The notes under the pieces: model-generated | Told to the model about the DNA's origin: nothing | The model's database searches: none | What the model saw: only the letters and a program-made list of their open reading frames with translations | Made by a program: the position numbers and the translations under genes | Part shown: positions 8,655 through 17,225 of the stretch, piece after piece | How the letters are laid out: every line of letters starts with the position of its first letter | Position numbering within the stretch: the first letter of the stretch is position 1 | DNA from: Candidatus Zixiibacteriota bacterium | GTDB lineage: Bacteria > Zixibacteria > MSB-5A5 > GN15 > JAAZOE01 | NCBI GenBank assembly: GCA_043819555.1 | Contig: JBDREQ010000025.1 | Location: 96,001-160,000, forward strand | Reading direction: 5' to 3' | Length of the DNA: 64,000 bases

Positions 8655-10562
8655 ATGAAACGGATATATAATGCGGCGATAGTATTTATTCTAATGTTCC
8701 CGGGCTTATTGATTACCGGATGTGACACCGAAAAACCGCCTGTTGAAATTCCATTGGAGATTATTTTCGCGCCCGGAGAAATAATCGATCCTCAATTATC
8801 TCCCGCCGGGGATAAGGTCGCATATCTGGGGCTGACCGGCAATTCGTACAATGTATTTATTCAGGATATAGCTACTTCAGAGGTTACACAGGTTACCGAA
8901 GAAACCGCCCTGGGGATAAATAACTATGCCTGGTCAGGAGATGGTTCAAAAATACTCTATTTGAGAGATCCTGATGGAAAGGGCAGGCAGAAACTATATG
9001 ATTATGACTTGTCAACGAAAGAAGTCCGTGAACTAACGCCAATAGATGGCGTTGATGTTCAGATATTAAAAATAAGCCCGGATTACCCCAACTCGGTTTT
9101 AATTAGTTTCGGGAGTTTCAATGACAATTTGCCGCACGTTTATAAGGTCGATTTAATAACTGGGAATTTTGATCTCATCGCCGAAAACTCAGGTACCATT
9201 TTAGGATGGTTGATTGACCATAAAATGAATGTTCGGGGATGTCTTGACGCGAGTCAGGATGGTCAGTATTATTTCAAAGTCACCGATACGGCCTCGAGCC
9301 ATTGGCGCGAGATTATGACCTGGAATTCTGAGGATATGCTAACCAGCAGTCCAGTTGGTTTTACGGCCGATGGCAAATATGCTTTTGTCCTTAATTCACA
9401 GGGGAGTAATACCAGTCGGCTCCAAAAAATCGATATAGCGTCAGGTGTTGTGGAGACAATTGCCGAAGACAATATTTTCAATGTGTCCGGAGCGATTATT
9501 CATCCCCGGACAGGAGAAATTCAGGGAGTTGTTTTTGAAAAGGAACGCGAAGAGACATTGATAATTGATGAAGCGATTCGTGATGATATTAAAGCCATCA
9601 GGAACATACATCATGGTGATTTCTTTATTAGCAGCCGGGATAGGAAAGATGAAAATTGGCTGATTGGATTTAAAACCGATGATGGTCCGGTACCATTTTA
9701 CATTTATAATACGGAAACTTATAAGGCGACTCAATTATTCACTCATAATTCAGAGATGGAAAAATATGTTTTCTCCGCAAAGGAACCGATTTCATTTACC
9801 TCACGCGATGGAATGACCATTTACGGCTATATAACATTTCCCAGTGGTGCGGATAAAAAGAACCTGCCAATGGTCGTCCTTGTTCATGAAGGGCCATGGC
9901 AAAGGGATAAGTGGGGATATGATCCTGAAGCGCAATGGCTGGCCAATCGCGGTTATGCCTGCCTGCAAATAAATTATCGAGGCTCGACCGGATTTGGGAA
10001 GAGATTCTATAATGCCGGAAATAAGCAATGGGGCATGGCTATGGCTGATGACCTAATTGACGGTGTGTCCTGGGCAATTGATAAGGGGTACGCCGATTCC
10101 AAGCGTGTCGCCATATGGGGATGGCGATACGGCGGGCATGCGTCATTAATGGCTGCCATACGATATCCCGACGTTTTTGCCTGCGCCGTAGATGTTTGCG
10201 GATATCTGGATTTAAAAACTCTTGTTGAGGCAATTCCGCCTTCGTATAGTAGCCAGGTTTTGATGTTTCACAATCGGGTCGGCAATCTGACTCATGAACT
10301 TGATATACTTCAAAAGGCTTCCCCGGCCAATTATGTCGATAGTATGAACACGCCGTTATTGATTGTCCAGGGAGGGCGTGACAGGCTGGTTTCCAGGAAA
10401 GCGGCCGATGCGTTTGTGAAATCTTTGGAGAATAGAGGCATTGATAATCAGTATTTGCTGTTTGACAATGAAGGCCATGGGCTTTCAGTTTCAACCAATC
10501 GCCTACTTTTTTATCAGACTGCCGAAGAATTTCTAAATAAGCACCTTGGCTCAGGTATATAA
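8655..10562 (+). CDS. S9 (prolyl oligopeptidase/acylaminoacyl peptidase) family lipoprotein, nucleophile Ser replaced by Arg
   Basis: Lipobox ITG-C; beta-propeller repeats; INYRGSTGFG, GWRYGG, QGGRD, NEGHG. Confidence 0.88.
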   Translation: MKRIYNAAIVFILMFPGLLITGCDTEKPPVEIPLEIIFAPGEIIDPQLSPAGDKVAYLGLTGNSYNVFIQDIATSEVTQVTEETALGINNYAWSGDGSKILYLRDPDGKGRQKLYDYDLSTKEVRELTPIDGVDVQILKISPDYPNSVLISFGSFNDNLPHVYKVDLITGNFDLIAENSGTILGWLIDHKMNVRGCLDASQDGQYYFKVTDTASSHWREIMTWNSEDMLTSSPVGFTADGKYAFVLNSQGSNTSRLQKIDIASGVVETIAEDNIFNVSGAIIHPRTGEIQGVVFEKEREETLIIDEAIRDDIKAIRNIHHGDFFISSRDRKDENWLIGFKTDDGPVPFYIYNTETYKATQLFTHNSEMEKYVFSAKEPISFTSRDGMTIYGYITFPSGADKKNLPMVVLVHEGPWQRDKWGYDPEAQWLANRGYACLQINYRGSTGFGKRFYNAGNKQWGMAMADDLIDGVSWAIDKGYADSKRVAIWGWRYGGHASLMAAIRYPDVFACAVDVCGYLDLKTLVEAIPPSYSSQVLMFHNRVGNLTHELDILQKASPANYVDSMNTPLLIVQGGRDRLVSRKAADAFVKSLENRGIDNQYLLFDNEGHGLSVSTNRLLFYQTAEEFLNKHLGSGI

Positions 10563-10607
10563 AAATTGGCAGTTGTTTTAATGACGCCGGGGGTTGAATA
10601 GGAGAAT

Positions 10608-11486
10608 ATGGGATCGTTCGAAAAAATAAAAAACTGCTCGTGTTCCATTTGGGATACAATAAAATATTATTCAAAAGGTCTTTATAACCGTGCCGGCGAG
10701 CATCATATCTTTCTACTGGCCAGCGGACTTTCATTTTCGATTTTTATATGCATCATACCGCTGGTACTTATTGTTTTCGCTGTCCTGGGATCTTTGTTCG
10801 AACAGCCTTCCATCGTAAAAGAGATCAATGGTTTTATCGATCGGGTCATTCCCTATGAAGATTATGCCAAAGATGTCAAGCTGTTTGTTTTTGCGCGGCT
10901 TGAGGAGTTTAAGATCTATCGCGGTGTTGCGGGTCTAATAGGTTCGGTTGGTTTATTATTCGCGTCTTCCGGACTGTTCAGTAGTATGCGAACAGTTCTA
11001 AATATGATATTCAGGGCCCGAAAATCTCAATCGGTCTTGATTGGCAAATTGCATGACCTGGGATTGGTTCTTCTTGTCCTGATTTTCTTTTTATTATCCA
11101 TTATGATTATTCCGGCCTTTGGGATCGCCAAGAGATTCGCGTATAAGATTGAATTTCTCAGCGGTTTTCGCACTGATTTTATTGAGGGTGTTGGTCTATT
11201 GGCGGTGTCATTCATAATCATTACCGGAGTGTTTTATCTGATCTATTTTCTGGTGCCTAATTTTAAATTATCAAATCGGATTCTTTGTGTCGGAGCTCTG
11301 TCTTCGGCGCTTTTATGGCATATTGTTGAACGATTATTCGGCTACTATATTTCACATTTTGTTACCCTTAAACGAATTTATGGGACATACGCCTTTTTGA
11401 TAGTAGTGGCATTCTGGATATTTTACACTTCTCTGGTATTCATACTTGGGGCCGAAATAGGACAATTATACCGGGAAAGGAAATAA
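10608..11486 (+). CDS. YihY/virulence factor BrkB family membrane protein
   Basis: LASGLSF...PL, IYG.....WIFY...FILGAE; about 6 TM segments. Confidence 0.88.
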   Translation: MGSFEKIKNCSCSIWDTIKYYSKGLYNRAGEHHIFLLASGLSFSIFICIIPLVLIVFAVLGSLFEQPSIVKEINGFIDRVIPYEDYAKDVKLFVFARLEEFKIYRGVAGLIGSVGLLFASSGLFSSMRTVLNMIFRARKSQSVLIGKLHDLGLVLLVLIFFLLSIMIIPAFGIAKRFAYKIEFLSGFRTDFIEGVGLLAVSFIIITGVFYLIYFLVPNFKLSNRILCVGALSSALLWHIVERLFGYYISHFVTLKRIYGTYAFLIVVAFWIFYTSLVFILGAEIGQLYRERK

Positions 11487-11656
11487 CTTCTTTAGAAAGA
11501 CCGAAAATCGTTCGATATCTTCAAATTTCCTTATAAAACTTTTTCTTTGTTGAGTCCAAATAGTTGCGACCATGTATAAAAAAACTGGAGCATATAGCCA
11601 TCAATTTGATTATTATTGGGGATAAAAATGCGAGGCAATTTTAAGCAGGAGTCAAA

Positions 11657-12604
11657 ATGGCCAAAAATTTCGCCATAATTGGAGTCGGCGGGTATGTCGC
11701 TCCCCGGCATCTGAAAGCAATAAAAGATACCGGCAATAATCTTATCGCCGCCGTCGATCCGAGCGATTCGGTCGGTATTCTTGATAGATATTTTGATAAC
11801 GTCAGTTTTTTCGTGGAGTTTGAACGCTTCGACCGTCATCTGGAAAAATTGCGCCGGGCGGGACAGGAGAGGCGTGTCAATTATGTCAGTATCTGTTCAC
11901 CCAATTATCTCCATGACGCCCATGTCCGCTTCGCCTTGAGAGTTAACGCCGACGCCATTTGCGAAAAGCCGCTGGTTTTGAATCCCTGGAATATAGACGC
12001 ACTTGCCGAACTTGAACAGGAAAGCGGCCGCCGGGTTTACACTGTATTGCAATTGCGCCTGCATCCATCGCTAATAAAGCTGCGGGAAAAGCTCGTTAAA
12101 AAAGGCGATAAAATCCATGACGTCGAACTGACCTATATTACTTCGCGGGGCCGTTGGTACGACGTTTCGTGGAAAGGCCAGATTGAACGTTCCGGAGGAA
12201 TCGCGACCAACATCGGAATTCATTTTTTTGATCTTTTGATTTGGCTTTTTGGCGAGGTCAAACACAATGAAGTTCATATCTCCGAAAAAACAAAATCAGC
12301 CGGATATCTGGAACTTGAACGGGCCCGTGTAAAATGGATGCTATCGATTGACCGTTCCGATTTGCCTCCCAATGCCGTAAAAAACGAACCGCCGACATAT
12401 CGTTCGATTACGATTGACGGTGGTGAAGTTGAGTTCTCAGACGGATTCACCGATTTGCATACGGCTGTGTATCAGGATATTCTTGACGGTGGAGGATTTG
12501 GGCTTGATGCTGTACGCCCATCAATAAAAATAGCCCATGATATCCGGGAAGCAAAAGTTATCGGCCGCAATGAAAATACGCATCCCTTATTAAAGTTTGA
12601 GTAA
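11657..12604 (+). CDS. wbpB: UDP-GlcNAcA 3-dehydrogenase (Gfo/Idh/MocA family)
   Basis: GYVAPRH, SICSPNYLHDAH, CEKPLVLNP, YITSRGRWY, SWKG, GGIATNIGIHFFD, EFSDGFTDLH. Confidence 0.88.
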   Translation: MAKNFAIIGVGGYVAPRHLKAIKDTGNNLIAAVDPSDSVGILDRYFDNVSFFVEFERFDRHLEKLRRAGQERRVNYVSICSPNYLHDAHVRFALRVNADAICEKPLVLNPWNIDALAELEQESGRRVYTVLQLRLHPSLIKLREKLVKKGDKIHDVELTYITSRGRWYDVSWKGQIERSGGIATNIGIHFFDLLIWLFGEVKHNEVHISEKTKSAGYLELERARVKWMLSIDRSDLPPNAVKNEPPTYRSITIDGGEVEFSDGFTDLHTAVYQDILDGGGFGLDAVRPSIKIAHDIREAKVIGRNENTHPLLKFE

Positions 12605-12611
12605 TTGAAAA

Positions 12612-13310
12612 ATGAAACCATCTGCCTGGCAAATAATTTTTATTCTCATAGTTATTCTGGGAGCGATTATAAATGCTGATGACGGCCCAAAAAATCGCCG
12701 GGTGACGATAAATTTGGGAAGTGTTGAAGTTTCACGGGAAGATTCTGTCATTGTAGTGCCTGTATATTTTTCCAATCCTTATGATACCGTTTCGGGAATT
12801 GAGCTTCATGTACGCATTGAAGAAAACCGGCATGTTGTTTTTGCGATAGATGATATAGGGGAGGACGGTTTAGTCAAAGCGATTGATACGACCGGAACAC
12901 TGATATCCGGTTGGGAATGGGTTGGAGTCAATTCAGGCGAGGAAAATCATTATGATTTTATGCTGGCGGCTTTGGCCGACTGGCCCGATGGAACGGTGAC
13001 ACCGCCTTTGTATCCTCAAGAGGGAGGAGTGCTTGTTAAACTGGTTTTCCGCCAGGACGATCTATTTCCATTTACGATGGATACACATATAAAAACGACC
13101 ATTGAAACCGAACGAACCGGCGTGTCTGATTATCTGGGTAATACCATCGGGATCGTAACGACGATTGAACGGCAATGCGAACAGTTTGTTGGTGATTCCT
13201 GCCTCTCGTGGAAACAGGTCCGCGTCGGCAAACTTGATTCTACGGTTGTTAAGTTTAATCATGGGGGGATAAGTGTGGTTGATAGTGTTGGGAATGGGGG
13301 CGAGAGATAA
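12612..13310 (+). CDS. Secreted protein with a cohesin-like beta-sandwich domain
   Basis: Signal peptide; V-x-V-P-V-Y-F-S-N...SGIEL...GVLVKLVF...GGISV pattern; paired Cys. Confidence 0.6.
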   Translation: MKPSAWQIIFILIVILGAIINADDGPKNRRVTINLGSVEVSREDSVIVVPVYFSNPYDTVSGIELHVRIEENRHVVFAIDDIGEDGLVKAIDTTGTLISGWEWVGVNSGEENHYDFMLAALADWPDGTVTPPLYPQEGGVLVKLVFRQDDLFPFTMDTHIKTTIETERTGVSDYLGNTIGIVTTIERQCEQFVGDSCLSWKQVRVGKLDSTVVKFNHGGISVVDSVGNGGER

Positions 13311-13316
13311 ATTTTG

Positions 13317-13833
13317 ATGGCCCACAGCTTGCTGTGAGAAGTATAAGAATATTGAAAATAAAGGGATAGGCGGGTACTTTTGTTGCCCACTGGGTTTAAA
13401 TCAGATATGAATGTAGATAATTCTCCTGGAAGTAAGCATGCGGAAGTGCGCTTATATAATCCGATGGTAATTCTTACTTATTATGTATTGGGGGGACTCC
13501 CTTTGGGATCTCTATTATATGGCATTAATTTATCAAGACGTGGCAATCGTGTAATGGGTAATATCCTTACGATTCTTTTTGGTTTAACCTATATTCTGAT
13601 TCTAATTCTCATTGCAAAAAGGATTAACGTAATTACATTGCGATTATTATCCATATTTATTGGAATTAATGTGATGAAGATTGAATGGAATCCCTATAAA
13701 GAGGCGATTGATAAAGGAGCAATACCTGCAAAATGGTGGCATCCTTTGTTGGTGGCATTTGCGATTTTTATCTCAATAATATATAGTTACAGTTTTTGTT
13801 GAGTGACATGGTGGCCCACAGCCTGCTCTGCGG
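13317..13833. repeat. Imperfect direct repeat (TGGCCCACAGCyTGCT) flanking the 13380-13802 ORF
   Basis: gatggcccacagcttgctgtgag at 13317-13339 and ggtggcccacagcctgctctgcgg at 13810-13833. Confidence 0.6.
13380..13802 (+). CDS. Hypothetical membrane protein (AT-rich)
   Basis: About 4 hydrophobic segments; start may be ATG 13407. Confidence 0.65.
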   Translation: MLPTGFKSDMNVDNSPGSKHAEVRLYNPMVILTYYVLGGLPLGSLLYGINLSRRGNRVMGNILTILFGLTYILILILIAKRINVITLRLLSIFIGINVMKIEWNPYKEAIDKGAIPAKWWHPLLVAFAIFISIIYSYSFC

Positions 13834-13847
13834 AAAAGAAAACCAGC

Positions 13848-14161
13848 ACACCCCACCGCTTCGCGGCACCCCTCTCAAGACAGGCGATAGCCTGGTTGGG
13901 GAATAAGCGTATGCTTTATTTCGGCTGTCGCGCGGTGTACCATACTTTGTTCAACCATTTGGTAGGGATGGAGCCCAACGGGCTCCAGCCAAAAATAATA
14001 TTTAATCAACACGCAATACGGGATAGGCAGGAGCCTTTCAGGCTCATGCCCTACAATACTTAATCAATCATGGAATTGGTAGGTCGGGTTCTGAGGCCGG
14101 GAGGCCGAAAAATCCGACAAACAGAAATGTCGGGTTTATCACTTCGTTCGGAACCCGACCT
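13848..14161. repeat. Cluster of REP/REPIN-like palindromes
   Basis: GTAGGG...CCCTAC inverted pair with internal hairpins (13962-14054); AGGTCGGGTTC...GAACCCGACCT (14081-14161); CCCCACCGCTTCGCGGCACCCCTCT (from 13851). Confidence 0.65.
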
Positions 14162-14218
14162 TGTATTCAACGATTTTAATTTATGGGGAGATAGTAATTC
14201 CCTCGCTTCTAAATTCCC

Positions 14219-14249
14219 TTGACTTAACGGCGATAAAAAGTATTATATA
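14219..14249 (+). promoter_or_regulatory. Sigma70-type promoter of tRNA-His/hisS
   Basis: TTGACT (14219-14224), then TATTAT/TATATA at 14241-14249. Confidence 0.6.
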
Positions 14250-14261
14250 TGCCTTGTAAAT

Positions 14262-14335
14262 GCTGGGGTAGCTCAGACGGTCAGAGCGCCTGACTGTGGA
14301 TCAGGAGGCCGGCGGTTCGATCCCGCCCCCCAGTA
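14262..14335 (+). tRNA. tRNA-His(GTG), no G-1, G1.U72, A73, CCA not encoded
   Basis: Acceptor GCTGGGG/CCCCAGT, anticodon arm CCTGA-ctGTGga-TCAGG, T arm GGCGG-TTCGATC-CCGCC. Confidence 0.96.
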
Positions 14336-14358
14336 TTTTTTGTTTTTATCAGAACATA

Positions 14359-15810
14359 ATGAGTAAAAAAAAGAACAAGCCAAAAAAGATTAAACCGGAA
14401 GTCCTAAAGGGTTTCAAAGACTATCCGCCGTCCGAAGAGATTGCGCGGCAAAAGCTTGTAGCGGTTTTTCGGGAAGTGTTTGAGTCGTTTGGATTCTCTC
14501 CGCTTCAAACCCCGGCTCTTGAGCGAGTCGAAGTTCTGAAAGGTTCGGATTACGGACAGGATAACCTGGAGACGATTTTCAGCTTTGTTGGCCCGGAAAA
14601 AACCGATATGGCTCTGCGTTTTGAACTGACCGCTTCGCTGGCGCGGTATGTCGCCGGATATCCGGAATTACCGCTTCCGTTTCGCAGATATCAGATCGGC
14701 CCGGTCTGGCGCGTCGATAAACCCGGTCCGGGAAGGTTTCGAGAATTCACTCAGTTCGATATCGATTCGGTAGGAACGTCGAGCATGCTGGCCGATGCCG
14801 AGATTATGGCGGCGATCTGCAAATCATTCGAGAAACTTGGCCTGACAAATTACAAAGTCAAATACTCCAATCGAAAAATACTGAATGGCCTCGCGCAGTA
14901 TGCCAAAATCCAGCCGGAAACGGCCCCTGATGTTTTTCGAGTGATCGACAAGTTAGATAAGCAGGGAATGGACGCGGTAAAGCTCGAACTTGGTCCAGGG
15001 CGAACAGATATTTCGGGCGATAAGATTCCGGGATTGAATTTACCCGGTGAACAGATTGAGATTCTTGAAAAGTTTCTATTACTGCAATCTTCAGAAGAAA
15101 ATAGTATTGAAGCCGCCGGAAAATTATTGTCTGGGATTGCCGATGCCGAAGAGGGCATTGATGAGCTAAAACTTATTGCATCCTATCTCAAAAATCTCGG
15201 TGTTCCAGAAGAGAAGGCTCAAATTGATTTGACCATTGTGCGGGGACTCGGATATTATACCGGGCCGGTGTTTGAGACGGTGCTTGAAGATATTCCCGAG
15301 ATCGGATCGGTGTTTGCCGGAGGGCGTTATGACGGTTTAGTCGAGCGGTTTCTTGGAAAGAAAATTCCGGCAACGGGGGCGTCGGCGGGAATTGACCGAC
15401 TACTGGCGGCGCTGATGCTAAAAGGAGTTATCAAAACCGAGCCGACGATATCTCAGGTTCTCGTTACCGCGATGGACAAGGATCGGATGCCTGATTATCT
15501 CAATATACTAAATGAAATTAGAGACGCCGGTATCAAGGCCGAGATTTTTCTTGGCGAAACGCAGAATTTCACCAAGCAGATTAAATACGCTGACCGGGTT
15601 GGCATTCCAATCGCGGTCATTCTTGGTTCGGATGAATTCGAAAATAACCAGGTGACGGTTAAAAATCTCGTTGCGGGGAGAGTCCAGGCTGAAGAAGTCG
15701 CCGATCGCGAGGAGTGGCTCAAGGCTGAAGATATTCAGGCGACAATTCCCCGAGGGGAATTGATAGATTATCTGAAGAAGCTTCTTAAAGAAATTAATCA
15801 GACAAATTGA
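14359..15810 (+). CDS. hisS: Histidine--tRNA ligase (long, alphaproteobacterial/eukaryote-like type)
   Basis: KGFKD, LRFELTASLAR, WRVDKPGPGRFREFTQFDID, VRGLGYYTG, GGRYDGL; ATG at 14359 because the ORF-track start lies inside the tRNA. Confidence 0.96.
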   Translation: MSKKKNKPKKIKPEVLKGFKDYPPSEEIARQKLVAVFREVFESFGFSPLQTPALERVEVLKGSDYGQDNLETIFSFVGPEKTDMALRFELTASLARYVAGYPELPLPFRRYQIGPVWRVDKPGPGRFREFTQFDIDSVGTSSMLADAEIMAAICKSFEKLGLTNYKVKYSNRKILNGLAQYAKIQPETAPDVFRVIDKLDKQGMDAVKLELGPGRTDISGDKIPGLNLPGEQIEILEKFLLLQSSEENSIEAAGKLLSGIADAEEGIDELKLIASYLKNLGVPEEKAQIDLTIVRGLGYYTGPVFETVLEDIPEIGSVFAGGRYDGLVERFLGKKIPATGASAGIDRLLAALMLKGVIKTEPTISQVLVTAMDKDRMPDYLNILNEIRDAGIKAEIFLGETQNFTKQIKYADRVGIPIAVILGSDEFENNQVTVKNLVAGRVQAEEVADREEWLKAEDIQATIPRGELIDYLKKLLKEINQTN

Positions 15811-15814
15811 TTTG

Positions 15815-16005
15815 GTGTCAGGTCACAATTTCGCTTCGCGAAATCAGGACCCGACACAACCACTTCAATAGTTATCGTTGTCATTCTCGAGAGCGAAGTC
15901 CTGTCAGGGACGAAGCGAATCGGGAATCCATGCAGACCTATTAAAAATTAATACCGTTGTCATTTCTATGAAAGCTGTATGGATGCCAGCGTCCGCCGGC
16001 ATGAC
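15815..16005. repeat. Palindromic intergenic elements (REP-like hairpin and GTCAT...GGGAATCCA/TGGAT...ATGAC element)
   Basis: GTGTCAGGTC...GACCCGACAC at 15815-15857; GTCATTCTCG...GGGAATCCA and TGGATGCCAGC...GGCATGAC at 15880-16005. Confidence 0.6.
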
Positions 16006-16103
16006 ATTAATGATTTATTAAAACAATTCTGGTTACTTGACCTGAATCAATTCCTGAAATGGATTTGTTTTTTAATTTGCCTCTAAGATTATAAGGTGAT
16101 TTA

Positions 16104-17225
16104 ATGGAAGCAGTGAAACAAGAAGCGACAATTATAGAAAACGGCATTAAACGTAAAAGTTTTTCGACTCGTAAATTCCGGTTTTGGGCGCAGGTTTTTT
16201 CTCTCGCAATAAGTATCTGGATGGGCGTGGAGTTTTATCTTTTCGTTCGATATCTGGAAGCCGGTAAAATTATGGGGATGGCTCCGACTCGCCCGCCGGG
16301 TGTGGAAGGATATTTGCCGATTTCAGGTCTGATATCTCTTCGGGACTGGTTTATCACCGGAGTCTTAAACAATATCCATCCGGCCTCGTTGATAATATTA
16401 CTCGCCATTATCTTAATTTCATTTGTCTTTAAGAAGAGTTTTTGTAGCTGGGTCTGTCCGGTCGGGTTTATATCGGAAATGATTGGCAATATCGGCGATT
16501 TTCTTGTGAACCAAAAGTATTTGCCTTTCAAGTTTTTGAAAAGTAAAAATGGAGAGAATGAAGAAAGCCCAATCCGATTAAAGCTGCACCCTTTTCTTGA
16601 TTATCCTTTACACTCGTTGAAATATCTGCTTCTGGCATTTTTTGTTTATGCCGTATTCTTCCAGATGTCAGCGGTCGATATTCGTCAGTTTGTTGAGTCA
16701 CCTTACAATAAAGTCGCTGACATTAAAATGATGAAGTTTTTCATCGACATTGACGCTTTTGGACTGTGGACAATAATAATTCTATTCGGTCTTTCGATTT
16801 TTCTGCGCGGATTCTGGTGCCGGTATCTCTGTCCGTACGGAGCCTTGGTTGGCCTGTTTTCATTGGCTGGTCCGGCTAGAATAAGACGCGAAGAAAATAT
16901 TTGCATTTCCTGCGGGAAATGTGCTCAGACGTGTCCGTCGTTTATAAAAGTAGATACGGTCAAACAGGTAGTATCAGATGAATGTTCAGGCTGCCTTGAC
17001 TGCGTTGATATCTGCCCGGCCAAAGGATCGTTGACTCTCGGCTTGACGGGATTGAAGAAAAGGATTTCGAAACGGGTCTGGGCGATTGGCCTGATAATTA
17101 TTTTTTGGGGGCTTTTGGCTGGGTTTAAGATGTTTGGGCCGTGGCAAAACTTGATTTCCACAGAAGAATATATGTATCATACAAAAAGGATGGAGAGCGG
17201 AGAATATGATCATCCGGGCAGGTGA
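16104..17225 (+). CDS. Membrane 4Fe-4S binding protein (NapH/YccM-like polyferredoxin)
   Basis: FCSWVCPVG, WCRYLCPYG, CISCGKCAQTCP, CSGCLDCVDICP. Confidence 0.9.
   Translation: MEAVKQEATIIENGIKRKSFSTRKFRFWAQVFSLAISIWMGVEFYLFVRYLEAGKIMGMAPTRPPGVEGYLPISGLISLRDWFITGVLNNIHPASLIILLAIILISFVFKKSFCSWVCPVGFISEMIGNIGDFLVNQKYLPFKFLKSKNGENEESPIRLKLHPFLDYPLHSLKYLLLAFFVYAVFFQMSAVDIRQFVESPYNKVADIKMMKFFIDIDAFGLWTIIILFGLSIFLRGFWCRYLCPYGALVGLFSLAGPARIRREENICISCGKCAQTCPSFIKVDTVKQVVSDECSGCLDCVDICPAKGSLTLGLTGLKKRISKRVWAIGLIIIFWGLLAGFKMFGPWQNLISTEEYMYHTKRMESGEYDHPGR

Noticed and set aside
10039..10734. 231-aa minus-strand ORF and other antisense ORFs (e.g. 34441-35034, 23485-24015, 55431-55961)
   Set aside because: Shadow frames of well-supported plus-strand genes; no motifs
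13803..14063. 86-aa ORF in frame after a TGA (possible selenocysteine or readthrough)
   Set aside because: Runs through palindromic repeats; no protein-like features and no evident SECIS
14296..14358. N-terminal extension of hisS in the ORF track
   Set aside because: The GTG start is the tRNA-His anticodon; the true start is ATG 14359
13317..16005. CRISPR array or integron attC array
   Set aside because: Repeats are heterogeneous and irregularly spaced; no cas or integrase gene in the window
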